A stretch of 64,000 bases of DNA from Acidobacteria bacterium RIFCSPLOWO2_02_FULL_65_29 (GTDB lineage: Bacteria > Acidobacteriota > Vicinamibacteria > Vicinamibacterales > CAVVIG01): positions 25,281 to 89,280 of the forward strand of contig MEKT01000147.1 of NCBI GenBank assembly GCA_001767435.1. Direction: 5' to 3'. A program made the translations under genes and the position numbers. This document shows, in pieces, positions 37,147 to 47,190 of the stretch (position 1 is the first letter of the stretch; every line of letters starts with the position of its first letter). Under the pieces are notes generated by a model. That model was not told the DNA's origin. It was given only the letters and a program-made list of their open reading frames with translations, and ran no database searches.

Positions 37147-38734
37147 ACTCCAGTCGCACGTGAATCTCTGCCGCGTAGAGCATGGTGCGGTCGTTGTCGA
37201 TCGCGGCCCATTTCATGAGCGTCGCGACGCTCTTCTCCGTGCGTGCGCTGAACACCTGCCGGCCGTCGGCCACGATCGTGATCGGCTGTGCGAGATCGAA
37301 GGCATCGGGCGACACGAGCAGCGTGAACGAGGCGACGCCGCGCGTGGTCGCCCGCACCATGTTCCCCTCGCGGACCACGTCGACGCGGCCGGTTGGCCGG
37401 TCGCGCGCGAAAAGCGGCACGAGCCGCGTCAGGATCTCCGGCTTGTAGACGCCGGCCACGTCGAGCGGCTTGTTGTCGCGCGAGATCGAAAACGTGAGCC
37501 GCTCACCCGAATCGTAGATGCCGAGGAATTGCAAGAGATCGAGCTCGCCCGGCAGGCTTCGACCATTGATGGCCAGCACCCGGTCGCCGGGCTCGAGGCC
37601 GAGGACGTCGGCGTTGCTGCCTGGGATCACGGAGGTTAGGCGCATCCCGTTCGATCGAACGCCGAAGTTCAGCTCCGCGCCGGCCGCGAAATCGTTCAGA
37701 TCCGGGAGCGGCGCCGCGATGCGCCTCGGACCGAGCGCGTCGATGACCAGCCAATGCGCCCGCGTGCCAACGCCCTCTTCCGCCGACCACGTGAGAGTCG
37801 CCGGGTGGGAATCGCGCGGGTGGCCGGTGACAAACGCCTCGACGGTATCTTTCATCTGGGGCCACCAGGCCGTGTTGTGCCCGGCGTCGGGCTGCGGACG
37901 AAAGTCGACCGACACGCCGTTCTTCTCGAGATGCCGGACGTAGGGCTCGACGATCGACGCCGGATACAGCGGATCCTGGCCGCCGTTGATCACGAAGAAG
38001 GGCTTGTTGCGCAGGTTGTTCGGCAAGAGCGCCTCGCGCAGGCCGAGCGAGGGATTCTGCAGGATCATCATGAAGCCGTTCATCGGCAGGAAGCTCGCGT
38101 ACGGCGTCGTGTCGCGCATCGCAATGAAGTACGCGCCGGTGCCCCCGTCGGACACACCCGCCAGCACGACGCGGTTCTCATCGACGTTATAGGTCCGTCT
38201 CACCGTATCGAGAATCGCGCGCAGATTGCCGACCTGCACGTCGCCCCACCACGGGGCGTCGGCCCACGACTGCGGCAGCACGTAGATCTGGTCAACGTTC
38301 CCTGGGCCTGCCAGCGATCCGATCGATCCGTCTCCGCGGACGGCCGCGTTCGGACGGCCGATTCCGCCGTGCAGCTGCACGCGCACCTGGAACCTTTTCG
38401 CCGGGTCGTAGGTCGGCGGCACGTCCAGGGTGTATGGGAACTCGGCGTCACCCGTTTTTCGGCTGAGCCGGACGACACCTTTCGGCGCGTCAGGCGAGTA
38501 CGCACGGCCCTGCTTCAGACGCGCCAGCGCGGCGTCGAACGACACACCGGACGCGACGATCGCAGGAACGAGGTTCGCGGCCTCCTGCGGGCTCTTCGCA
38601 TCCCAGAACTGTTTGAACGCGGCGTCGACCGAGGGCCGCTGCGCCGACAGCAACGGCATCGACGCCAGAAGCGCGATAACGAGGACTAGCAACGCCACAC
38701 GTTCGCCACGGGCCGCTAGGAATCGTCGTGTCAT
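37145..38734 (-). CDS. Secreted alpha/beta-hydrolase-fold esterase/peptidase with C-terminal PDZ domain
   Basis: 529 aa. Signal-peptide-like N-terminus, nucleophile-elbow-like VLAGVSDGGTGAY, and PDZ-like …GLEPGDRVLAINGRSLPG…. Confidence 0.65.
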   Translation of the reverse strand: MTRRFLAARGERVALLVLVIALLASMPLLSAQRPSVDAAFKQFWDAKSPQEAANLVPAIVASGVSFDAALARLKQGRAYSPDAPKGVVRLSRKTGDAEFPYTLDVPPTYDPAKRFQVRVQLHGGIGRPNAAVRGDGSIGSLAGPGNVDQIYVLPQSWADAPWWGDVQVGNLRAILDTVRRTYNVDENRVVLAGVSDGGTGAYFIAMRDTTPYASFLPMNGFMMILQNPSLGLREALLPNNLRNKPFFVINGGQDPLYPASIVEPYVRHLEKNGVSVDFRPQPDAGHNTAWWPQMKDTVEAFVTGHPRDSHPATLTWSAEEGVGTRAHWLVIDALGPRRIAAPLPDLNDFAAGAELNFGVRSNGMRLTSVIPGSNADVLGLEPGDRVLAINGRSLPGELDLLQFLGIYDSGERLTFSISRDNKPLDVAGVYKPEILTRLVPLFARDRPTGRVDVVREGNMVRATTRGVASFTLLVSPDAFDLAQPITIVADGRQVFSARTEKSVATLMKWAAIDNDRTMLYAAEIHVRLE

Positions 38735-38952
38735 GTGTGTCAGCAGGATATGGCCTTCCGGCCAGGGGAATTCAAGATTGTAGCCTTCTCAGGACTTCTC
38801 CGCGCGGCGAGGCGTGCCCCCTTCCGTCGGTACGACCCAGCTGGACCCACCGTCCTGCTTATCGGCCGATCGCGGTTCCAGCCCCTCGGCCACCGGGCAA
38901 ATGCGCCTTCACATCCGATGTCGCGAGGCCTCCGTCGGCGAAGAGGGGCTCT

Positions 38953-39816
38953 TCAAACAATCCGTTCCGGATGCGCGTAGATGTTGAACGAGTCGCCGCG
39001 CACGAACCCCACCAGCGTGACGCCCGCCTCGCGGGCCAGATCGATCGCCAGGCTCGACGGCGCCGACACCGACGCGACCACTGGGATGCCGGCGATGAGC
39101 GCCTTCTGGACGATCTCGAACGACGTGCGGCCGCTGACGAAAAGCGCATGGCCAGAGAGCGGCAACGCGTCGCGCATCAGCATGCGGCCGATCACCTTGT
39201 CCACGGCGTTATGGCGGCCGACGTCTTCGGCCATCGTGACGAGTGCACCGTCCTCTGTAAACAAGCCCGCCGCGTGCAGCCCGCCCGTGGCCTCGAAGAC
39301 GGCCTGCGCGACACGAAGCCGGGCGGGCAAGGTCGAGACCGCCGCGGCTGTCACACAGCCACCGGGCGCGAGGGGCGCCGTATCGCTCCTCAGCGATTCG
39401 ATCGTGAGTCGGCCGCACAGCCCGCACGACGCATTCGCAACCGTCTCGCGACGTTCGGCGAGGATCCGATCGAGATCAGCCCGTGAGCAGCCCGCGAGCG
39501 TCACGTTGACGATGTTGTCGGCAACGTCCGGCTGACGGTCCGCCGAAGCTTCACGCGAAGGGGGAAGCCGGACGTGATCCCGGCAGTGCTCGATTGTCCC
39601 AAGGTCGTCCGCGCACCGGATCACGCGCTCCGCGAGCAGAAAACCCGCCGCAAGCTCGCGATCGGCGCCCGGCGTGCGCATGACGACCGCAAACGGCCGC
39701 CCGTGCAGGCGTACTTCGAGCGGTTCCTCCGCGGCCGCGCGATCGGTGTCGGACCGACGAGCACGTCCCCGCACGCGCACGACGTCGACCTCCTTCAGGA
39801 CGCTCACCGGCCTCAT
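38953..39816 (-). CDS. fdhD: Formate dehydrogenase accessory sulfurtransferase FdhD
   Basis: Trimmed to MRPVSVLKEVDVVRV... Motifs …ASCGLCGRLTIESL… and …AEDVGRHNAVDKVIG…VSGRTSFEIVQKA…. Confidence 0.88.
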   Translation of the reverse strand: MRPVSVLKEVDVVRVRGRARRSDTDRAAAEEPLEVRLHGRPFAVVMRTPGADRELAAGFLLAERVIRCADDLGTIEHCRDHVRLPPSREASADRQPDVADNIVNVTLAGCSRADLDRILAERRETVANASCGLCGRLTIESLRSDTAPLAPGGCVTAAAVSTLPARLRVAQAVFEATGGLHAAGLFTEDGALVTMAEDVGRHNAVDKVIGRMLMRDALPLSGHALFVSGRTSFEIVQKALIAGIPVVASVSAPSSLAIDLAREAGVTLVGFVRGDSFNIYAHPERIV

Positions 39817-39985
39817 CTTACTTCGGGTACTTGGACAACAGCGCGTTGCGAAATGGACCGACGACGAGAACGGCGGCGCACGCATCCCTCGACGTCGCTC
39901 GGGATGCCCTGAGCGAGAGTCGAAGGGCAGAGGACCGGATCTCGAAGGCCTACGTGACTCTGGGACTTCATGGTCAAATAGAGTC

Positions 39986-40486
39986 ATGCCGGCCGCCGTC
40001 TCGTTCGATGTCACCTCGCCCGTCGACTTTCAGGAAGTCGACAATGCGCTCAACCAGGCGCGAAAGGAAGTCGGCCAGCGGTACGACTTCAAGGGCGCCA
40101 AGGCCGAGATGACACTTGTCTCGGCCGACAAGACGCTGACACTCGTCGCCGACGACGAGTTCAAGATGAAGCAATTGTGGGAGATCGTCGAGACGCGCCT
40201 CGTACGCCGTGGTGTGCCCATCAAGAACTTCAAGACCGGAGAATCGGAAGCGGCGGCAGGCGGCACCGTGCGGCGCGTCTACACGATTCAGGAAGGCATT
40301 CCGATCGACGCGGCGCGCGAGATCGTCAAGTTCATCAAGGACCAGAAGCTGAAGAAGGTCCAGGCCGCCATTCAGGGCGACCAGGTGCGGGTGAGCTCGC
40401 CGTCGAAAGACGAGCTGCAGCTCGTGATTCAGGCGCTGCGCGGAAAGGACTTCGGCGTGGCGTTGCACTTTGGGAACTACCGATGA
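39986..40486 (+). CDS. yajQ: YajQ-family nucleotide-binding protein (UPF0234)
   Basis: Trimmed to MPAAVSFDVTSPVDFQEVDNALNQARKEVGQRYDFKG…, ending …DFGVALHFGNYR. Full-length YajQ pattern. Confidence 0.88.
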   Translation: MPAAVSFDVTSPVDFQEVDNALNQARKEVGQRYDFKGAKAEMTLVSADKTLTLVADDEFKMKQLWEIVETRLVRRGVPIKNFKTGESEAAAGGTVRRVYTIQEGIPIDAAREIVKFIKDQKLKKVQAAIQGDQVRVSSPSKDELQLVIQALRGKDFGVALHFGNYR

Positions 40487-40565
40487 ACGACTCTCACCGC
40501 GGAGGAGGCCGAGGACGCCGAGAGCTTTTCTCACCCGCAACTGGAGTAATGTAGACAACAAGACG

Positions 40566-41408
40566 ATGCCTCGCGTCCCCCGGACGGTTGCGGCGATTCT
40601 GATGCTGCTCGCGCTGGCGGGCGCGGCGGCCGCGCAGCGCCGCTTCGGCGGCTTCGGCCGGCTGCCGGAAGGCCCGGGCGTCCCGCCGCGCTTTCCCCCT
40701 CGCGACTTCCCGAACGGCGATTTTTACGTCTGCAAGATGATGTACCGCAGCGTGTGGCGTGAGGAAATGGGGGCCGGGTGGGCCACCGACTACCCGTACG
40801 CCGGCATCAACCTGATGACGCGGATCGGGGAGCTCACGAAAACACCGGTCAGCAGAGATGCCAACGGCGATCCGAACTACTGGGTCGTGCAGCTCACCGA
40901 CGCGGCGTTGTTCCGCTGCCCTTTCCTCATCGGCTCCGACGTCGGCACGGCCGAGTTGTCGCCGGCCGAAGCGACGCGGCTGCGGGAGTACCTGCTCAAG
41001 GGCGGCTTCCTCTGGGTCGACGACTTCTGGGGCACGCATGCCTGGCAGGTGTGGACGACCGAGATCCACAAGGCCCTGCCGGAATACCGGATCGAGGAGA
41101 TTCCAGCCGATCATCCGATTCGGCACCAGATGTTCGAGGTCGAGACGCTGCCGCAGGTCACCAACATCCAGTTTTGGCGCAGGATGGGCGGCGGCCTCAC
41201 GACGCAGGAGCGCGGCGAGGATAGCCCCTTTGCGGACTTTCGAATGATCGCGGACGAGAAAGGCCGCATCATGGTGCTGATGACGCACAACACCGACATC
41301 GGCGACTCGTGGGAACGCGAAGCAGAGGACCACGAGTTCTTTCTCCAGTTTTCACCGAGCGGCTACGCCGTCGGGATCAACGCAGTACTTTACGCGCTGA
41401 CGCACTGA
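40566..41408 (+). CDS. DUF4159 domain-containing secreted protein
   Basis: Trimmed to MPRVPRTVAAILMLLALAG... Motifs …GWATDYPYAGINLMTRIGELT…CPFLIGSDVGTAELSPAEATRLREYLLKGGFLWVDDFWG… are characteristic of DUF4159. Confidence 0.75.
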   Translation: MPRVPRTVAAILMLLALAGAAAAQRRFGGFGRLPEGPGVPPRFPPRDFPNGDFYVCKMMYRSVWREEMGAGWATDYPYAGINLMTRIGELTKTPVSRDANGDPNYWVVQLTDAALFRCPFLIGSDVGTAELSPAEATRLREYLLKGGFLWVDDFWGTHAWQVWTTEIHKALPEYRIEEIPADHPIRHQMFEVETLPQVTNIQFWRRMGGGLTTQERGEDSPFADFRMIADEKGRIMVLMTHNTDIGDSWEREAEDHEFFLQFSPSGYAVGINAVLYALTH

Positions 41409-41433
41409 GCGCGCGCCTCGAACGGAGGACGGC

Positions 41434-43101
41434 ATGAAACCTGGAACACCGGCCGTGATTGCGTTGGTATGTGCCGCCGTTGTCGGCGCGACCGCCCAGG
41501 GCGCGGTGTACGACATCGTGATTCGCGGCGGCCATATCGTCGATGGGACGGGTAACCCCTGGTTCGCAGGCGACGTCGCGATCGCCGGCGGCCGCATCGC
41601 CGGCGTGGGCCGGCTGCCGAACGCAACCGCGCGGCGCATCATCGACGCCACCGGTCTCATCGTCGCTCCGGGATTCATCGATCTGCACACGCACTCGGAG
41701 ATGCCGCTCCTCGAGGACGGCACCGCGCAGAGCAAAGTACGCCAGGGCGTCACGATTGACGTGCTCGGCGAATCCACGTCGGCCGCGCCGCGCGATGGCT
41801 TGAAGGAGGAAGGGCCTCCTGGGATCATTCCGCAAGACTGGACGACCTTCACGGGATACTTCGATCGCCTGAAGCGCCGCGGGATCTCGATGAACGCGAT
41901 CTCGCACGTGGCGTCCGAGCAGGTGCGGCGGGTCGTGATGGGGTACGACGCGCGCCCGGCCGACGCGGCCCAGCTGGCGAAAATGAGGGCGCTGGTCGCG
42001 CGCTCGATGGAGGAAGGCGCGTGGGGGCTCGTGACCAGGTTCGAGAGCGGCGGCCCGGCGCATCCCGACGAGATTGTCGAGTTGGCGAAGGTCGCGGCGT
42101 CGTACGGCGGCAACTACACGTCACACATCGGCAGCGAAGGCTTCGAGCAGGAGAAGGAGCTGCGCTTCGCGATTCGAGTGGCCGAAGAGGCGAAGATCCC
42201 GGTGCACATCTTCCACTTGAAGATTCGGGCGAAAGACAACTGGGGCACGGTCGGCCAGTACCTCGACACGATCGAGGCGGCGCGCGCCAGGGGACTGGAC
42301 GTCACCGCCAACCAGTACCCGTACACGGCCATGAACCACGGCTGGAGCGCGTTTTTTCCCGTGTGGGCGCGCGAAGGCGGGCCCGCGGCGTTCGCCGCGC
42401 GCTTGAAGGATCCGGCCGTGCGCGCGAGGATCAAAACCGACAGGGACTTCATCACGTGGGCCAAGGAGCACGGCTGGTGGGAAGGCATCGTGATGGGCCG
42501 CGCCGGCAGCCCCGCGAACCGGAAGTACGAGGGGATGCGGCTGACCGAGATCGCGAAGGTGCGGGGCGACGCCGATCCCGCCGATACGTGCCTGACGCTC
42601 ATGGCCGAGGACGGCGGCCGCATCTCGGGCATGTTTCACGCGATGTCGGAGGAGGACGTGCGCGCCGTGATGCGGAAGCCGTGGGTGGCGATCGCCAGCG
42701 ATGGCTCGGCCATCAACCTCGAGGCGCAGGGCGTACCGCATCCCCGTAACTACTCGACCAACGTGCGCGCGCTGGGCTACTACGCGCGCGACCAGCGCGT
42801 GCTGACGCTCGAGGACGCCGTGCGGAAGATGTCGTCCCTGCCAGCGCAGATCCTGAACCTGCGCGACCGCGGTCAGGTGCGCGAGGGTTTCGCCGGCGAC
42901 CTGGCCGTGTTCGATGACCGAACGGTCGGTGAGACCAACTCGTTCGAGAAGACGAAGTCGTACGCCACCGGCATGAAGTACGTCCTGGTGAATGGCGTGC
43001 TCGTCGTCGACAAGGGCGAGCATACGGGCGCACGGCCCGGCAAGCCAATCCTCGGCCCCGGGTACAAGGCGCCGGCGGGGACGGGGGCGGTTAGTCGATA
43101 G
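41434..43101 (+). CDS. N-acyl-D-amino-acid deacylase (D-aminoacylase) family amidohydrolase
   Basis: 555 aa. Signal peptide, then YDIVIRGGHIVDGTGNPWFAGDVAIAGGRIAGVG and APGFIDLHTHSE metal-binding motifs. Confidence 0.85.
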   Translation: MKPGTPAVIALVCAAVVGATAQGAVYDIVIRGGHIVDGTGNPWFAGDVAIAGGRIAGVGRLPNATARRIIDATGLIVAPGFIDLHTHSEMPLLEDGTAQSKVRQGVTIDVLGESTSAAPRDGLKEEGPPGIIPQDWTTFTGYFDRLKRRGISMNAISHVASEQVRRVVMGYDARPADAAQLAKMRALVARSMEEGAWGLVTRFESGGPAHPDEIVELAKVAASYGGNYTSHIGSEGFEQEKELRFAIRVAEEAKIPVHIFHLKIRAKDNWGTVGQYLDTIEAARARGLDVTANQYPYTAMNHGWSAFFPVWAREGGPAAFAARLKDPAVRARIKTDRDFITWAKEHGWWEGIVMGRAGSPANRKYEGMRLTEIAKVRGDADPADTCLTLMAEDGGRISGMFHAMSEEDVRAVMRKPWVAIASDGSAINLEAQGVPHPRNYSTNVRALGYYARDQRVLTLEDAVRKMSSLPAQILNLRDRGQVREGFAGDLAVFDDRTVGETNSFEKTKSYATGMKYVLVNGVLVVDKGEHTGARPGKPILGPGYKAPAGTGAVSR

Positions 43102-43140
43102 TCGTTAGTCGATAGTCGTTAGTCGAGAGTCGCTAGTCGA
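43092..43140 (+). repeat. Tandem heptamer array TAGTCG(A/T) x7
   Basis: Reading: tagtcga tagtcgt tagtcga tagtcgt tagtcga gagtcgc tagtcga. Begins within the last codons of the D-aminoacylase gene and fills the gap to the convergent MFS gene. Confidence 0.95.
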
Positions 43141-43149
43141 AGGGCATGT

Positions 43150-44454
43150 TCAGACGCGATCGAGCGTCCCGGCCTTGTCTTGCAGAAACCGCAGCGTGGC
43201 GAGACTCACGAGCGTCGTGCCCAGCGCAAACATCGAGATGGCGGTCGACGTCTGATACGTCCGGAACAGCCACGCAGCAATGACCGGCGCAGGGCCGCCG
43301 GCGGTGATCGCCGCGAGGTGATACCCGAGACCCGATCCGGTGTAGCGGCGCGACGCCGGGAAACTCTCCGAGATGATGGCCGCCTGCGGCCCGTACTGCA
43401 GATCCTGCAGCATCCCATCGACGAGCAGCGCAACGATGATGAGCGGGATGGATTTCGTGTCGAGAAACGCGAAGAGGACGAAGACCCAGAGACCGGTGCC
43501 GACGCAGCCGGCTCCAATGATGCGTTTTCGTCCGAACCTGTCGGAGAGATGCCCCGCCAGTGGAAGCACCACGAGTGAGCCAATCGAACGGACAATCACG
43601 CAGTTGAGCAGCACGGCGCGGCTCATCCCGAGCTGCTGTGTGCCGTAGGTGAGGATGTAGGTCGTCGTGATGTAGTACGGCGCGAGCTGGCCCGTTCGAA
43701 GCAGCGTCGTGAGCACGACCTCGCGCCAGTTGGTCTTGAGCGTCTCGACAATCGGCGCCCGCACGATCTTCCGCTCGGCCTTGATGTTGGCGAACACGGG
43801 CGACTCGAGAATGCCGATGCGGATCCACAAGCCGATCGCGATCAGCACGATGCTCGCGAGAAACGGCACGCGCCATCCCCAAGAGAGAAACGCCGCCTCA
43901 TCCAGCGTGGAGGTCATGAACGACAGCGCGCTGTTGGCCATCATCATGCCGAGTGGCGCGCCCATCTGGGGAAAGCTCGTCGTGAACCCGCGGCGTCCGG
44001 GCGGCGCCCATTCGCCGGCCATCAGCACCGAGCCGCTCCACTCGCCGCCGACGGCGATGCCCTGCATCGCGCGAAGAATGGTCAAGAGCACCGCGCCCCA
44101 CACGCCGATCGACTGATCGGTCGGCACGAGGCCAATGGCCGTCGTCGACACGCCCATCACCAGCATCGTCGTCACGAGCAGCGCCTTGCGCCCGATCCGA
44201 TCGCCCCAGTGGCCGAAGATCGCGGCGCCAACGGGACGCGCCGCGAAGCCGGCGAAGAACGTGATGTACGAGAGGATGCTTCCGAGATCAGGATCGACGT
44301 TGGAAAAGAACAGCTTCGGAAAGATCAGCGCGGCCGCGGACCCGTAGAGAAAGAAGTCGTACCACTCGACGGTCGTACCGACGGTCGAGGCCACGACGGC
44401 CCGCACCAGCTGCCTGTGTCGCGTTTCCTCATCGAGCGTGGACACGGCCGGCAT
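43150..44454 (-). CDS. MFS transporter, metabolite:H+ symporter (MHS) family
   Basis: Trimmed to MPAVSTLDEETRHRQLVRAVV... Has the …VEWYDFFLYGSAAALIFPKLFF… MHS signature and a 12-TM profile. Confidence 0.85.
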   Translation of the reverse strand: MPAVSTLDEETRHRQLVRAVVASTVGTTVEWYDFFLYGSAAALIFPKLFFSNVDPDLGSILSYITFFAGFAARPVGAAIFGHWGDRIGRKALLVTTMLVMGVSTTAIGLVPTDQSIGVWGAVLLTILRAMQGIAVGGEWSGSVLMAGEWAPPGRRGFTTSFPQMGAPLGMMMANSALSFMTSTLDEAAFLSWGWRVPFLASIVLIAIGLWIRIGILESPVFANIKAERKIVRAPIVETLKTNWREVVLTTLLRTGQLAPYYITTTYILTYGTQQLGMSRAVLLNCVIVRSIGSLVVLPLAGHLSDRFGRKRIIGAGCVGTGLWVFVLFAFLDTKSIPLIIVALLVDGMLQDLQYGPQAAIISESFPASRRYTGSGLGYHLAAITAGGPAPVIAAWLFRTYQTSTAISMFALGTTLVSLATLRFLQDKAGTLDRV

Positions 44455-44530
44455 TGTAGCCTCCGCCGTACACGAAACGCGGGGCATCGGCCAGAATCTC
44501 ACGGGCCAACGCCCCGCCCCCTGAACTCTC

Positions 44531-44575
44531 GAATCCTCAGATCCTCAGATTCTCAAATCCTCAAATCCTCACATT
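44531..44575 (+). repeat. Tandem octamer array (A/G)ATCCTCA family
   Basis: Reading: gaatcctca gatcctca gattctca aatcctca aatcctca cattc. Same family as 281-368, 7311-7406 (reverse complement) and 52637-52690. Confidence 0.9.
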
Positions 44576-44582
44576 CGCGTTT

Positions 44583-45713
44583 TCACTTTCTTACGTACTT
44601 CTTCACCGCCCGTGGCCCCACTTCGGCTCCGTAGACGTTGCCGGCCGCGTCGACGGCCACGCCCTCAGCCGCGCTCGTGCCGGTGGCGTTGACGACGGGA
44701 TCGGGGATGAAGTAGAGGGGCCTCAGGTCCTTCGCGCTTCCGATGCGCATCCCCTTCCGCCAGCCTTTGTTCGACGTGTCGCTCGATTCCGAGTCTGCGC
44801 CGTACAACACGTCGTTCTTGTCGATGAAGATGCCGCTCAGACGGCTGAATGCCTTCGTCTCGTCGAGGAACGTGCCGTCTTGATCGAAGATCTGTAGGCG
44901 CACGTTGCCGCGATCGGCGACAAACAGGCGGCCTCGCGAGTCGAACGCGAGACTGTGCGGGGTGCGGAACTCGGCCGGACCCGATCCGAGCTTGCCCCAC
45001 GATCGGATGAATTTGCCGTCTCTCGAAAACACCGAGATGCGCGCCACGGCATCAGGCGGCGCGTTCGCGTTCTGGCCACCGTGGCCTTCCGCAACCAGGA
45101 TGTTGCCGTTGGGAGCGACGATGACGTCGTTTGGCTCAGTGAGCGCCTCGGGTGGATTGCCGCGCACGCCGGCCTTGCCAAGCGTCAACAGGAGCTTCCC
45201 GTCGGGGCTGAACTTGAACACCTGGTGCCCGACCGGTGTTGCGGCCGGCGGCGGGGGCGGAGCGTCGGCGGCGGCGCCGCGTCCCCGGCCAGCCGGCAGC
45301 GGCCGATTGTCGTTGCCGTCGGTCACCCAGATGTTGCCGTCGCGATCCACGAAAATGCCGTGCGGAAACACGAGCATGCCGGCGCCAAAGCTCTTCACGA
45401 GCTTGCCAGACTGGTCGAATTTCAGCATCGGGTCGAACGGCGACATCTTGCCCGTCGGCCGATCGAAGCAGCTGTTGGCGCCGCAGCGTTCCGCGACCCA
45501 GATCGATCGCCCGTCTTTGTCGATCTCGATCGCGCTCGTCGATCCCCAGACCCGCCCGGCCGGCAGTTTGAAGTAGTCGGCGATCGTGGTGTACGGATTC
45601 GGCAGGTCGTTGACCGGCTGCATCGGCGACTGGGCGTACGCCGTCCAGCCGAGCGCCGCGACACCCGCCATGAACGCGACGGAGGTGAGGACTCTCAATG
45701 GTGTTTGCGACAT
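44583..45713 (-). CDS. NHL-repeat six-bladed beta-propeller protein (PAL-like), secreted
   Basis: Trimmed to MSQTPLRVLTSVAFMAGVAAL... Repeated …DRDGNIWVTD…, …GNILVAEGHG… and …RGRLFVADRGNVRLQIFDQDG… NHL blades. Confidence 0.75.
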   Translation of the reverse strand: MSQTPLRVLTSVAFMAGVAALGWTAYAQSPMQPVNDLPNPYTTIADYFKLPAGRVWGSTSAIEIDKDGRSIWVAERCGANSCFDRPTGKMSPFDPMLKFDQSGKLVKSFGAGMLVFPHGIFVDRDGNIWVTDGNDNRPLPAGRGRGAAADAPPPPPAATPVGHQVFKFSPDGKLLLTLGKAGVRGNPPEALTEPNDVIVAPNGNILVAEGHGGQNANAPPDAVARISVFSRDGKFIRSWGKLGSGPAEFRTPHSLAFDSRGRLFVADRGNVRLQIFDQDGTFLDETKAFSRLSGIFIDKNDVLYGADSESSDTSNKGWRKGMRIGSAKDLRPLYFIPDPVVNATGTSAAEGVAVDAAGNVYGAEVGPRAVKKYVRK

Positions 45714-45760
45714 TAGCTCTTCCTCCTTGCCCGACTTGCCCGAATCGAAGCCCACCGATT

Positions 45761-45800
45761 CCAACTTCTAACTCTTACTTCTTACTTCTCACTTCTTGAC
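45761..45800 (+). repeat. CTTACTT / CTTCT short-word array
   Basis: Reading: ccaacttctaactcttacttcttacttctcacttcttgac. Spans the spacer and the last codons of the downstream paralog. Confidence 0.6.
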
Positions 45801-47054
45801 GTACTTCTGAACCTTCCGCGGCCCGACTTCGGCGCCGTAGATGTTTCCCTGCTGATCGACTGCGACGCCCTCCGCCGCAAGCGTGCCGCCTGGACCGGGT
45901 TTGCCGTCGGGGCCGGTCAGGACCGGCTTGCCGTCCTGCATCGCGAAGGTCACGCCTTGTCCGGACGGATCGGGAATGAACGTGGTGACCTTGCCGTCCT
46001 TCACGCTGCCGATGCGGATGCCGCGCTTCCACGCGCCGTGCGCCGGATTGACGGACCCGGATTCCGAGTCGGCCGAGTACAGCATGTCGTTGCGATCGAT
46101 GAACAGACCGCTCGGCCGGCTGAACTGCGGCCAGTCGGCGATGAAGGTGCCTTCCTGATCGAAGATCTGCGTGCGGTTGTTGCTGCGGTCGCCCACAAAC
46201 AGGCGTCCCCGCGAGTCGAACGCGAGCGCGTGCGGCCCGTTGAATTCCCCCGGCCCGCTGCCGCGCTTGCCGAAGGTCTTGATCAGCTTCCCATCGGGCG
46301 AGTACTTCAGGATTCGATCGTTCGGATTGGCGCCGTGACCCTCGGCGATGAAAATCTCGCCCTTCTCATTCGTGATCACGTCGTTCGGCTGCCAGCAGCA
46401 CTCGGTCGGTCCCGTCGCGCCACCGGCCCTGCCAATCGTCATCAACACCTTGCCCTCGGGGCTGAACTTGAACACCTGATGGCCCATCGTCGCTGCGGCT
46501 GGAGGCGCCGTCGGCGCCGGGCCGCGACCACCGCCCTGACCACGCGCTGCGGCCCCCGCCGCAGGGGCGGCGCCACCCGGCGCGCCCGCGCCGCGCCCGC
46601 CGCCTGCCGCGCCAGCCCCCGCTCCGGCGCCGCGCGCCGGCGTCGGCGCATTGTCCTGGCCGTCGGTCACCCACACGTTGCCCTGGCGATCGACGTGAAT
46701 CCCGTGGGGGAAAATCAACAGGCCGGCGCCGAAGCCCGCCACGAGAGTGCCCGCCTGGTCGAACTTCAGGACCGACGGCAGCTGCGACATCTGGTTCGTC
46801 GCCCGGTCGAGGCACGAGTTCGTGCCGCAACGCTCGCCCACCCAGATGAACCGGCCGTCTGGCGAAATGTCCACCGCGCTCGTCGACCCCCACGTGCGCC
46901 CGGCGGGCAGCTTGAAGTGGTTTTCGATGGTTTGATACGTGTTTGGCGCGTCGTTGGTCGGCGTCGCCGGCGCCTGCGCCTGGGCGCGCCACCCGAGCAG
47001 CGCGACGATGCCTACGATCGGCGCGAGATATACGACTTTCATGCGAACAGACAT
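45789..47054 (-). CDS. NHL-repeat beta-propeller protein, tandem paralog with Gly/Ala-rich insertion
   Basis: Trimmed to MSVRMKVVYLAPIVGIVALLG... Collinear with 44583-45713, except for a low-complexity insert PTPARGAGAGAGAAGGGRGAGAPGGAAPAAGAAARGQGGGRGPAPTAPPAAA. Confidence 0.75.
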   Translation of the reverse strand: MSVRMKVVYLAPIVGIVALLGWRAQAQAPATPTNDAPNTYQTIENHFKLPAGRTWGSTSAVDISPDGRFIWVGERCGTNSCLDRATNQMSQLPSVLKFDQAGTLVAGFGAGLLIFPHGIHVDRQGNVWVTDGQDNAPTPARGAGAGAGAAGGGRGAGAPGGAAPAAGAAARGQGGGRGPAPTAPPAAATMGHQVFKFSPEGKVLMTIGRAGGATGPTECCWQPNDVITNEKGEIFIAEGHGANPNDRILKYSPDGKLIKTFGKRGSGPGEFNGPHALAFDSRGRLFVGDRSNNRTQIFDQEGTFIADWPQFSRPSGLFIDRNDMLYSADSESGSVNPAHGAWKRGIRIGSVKDGKVTTFIPDPSGQGVTFAMQDGKPVLTGPDGKPGPGGTLAAEGVAVDQQGNIYGAEVGPRKVQKYVKK

Positions 47055-47190
47055 CCCAACCTTCTCCCTCCGGGGGTCCCTGCCCCCCGGCGCCGTAATG
47101 AACAAAGGACCTAAAAAAGCGGCATCAGATTATATAGTCGATAGTCTAGTCGGGCGTCGACTTCCCTCCCTGAGTCCTGAATGAAGGACT

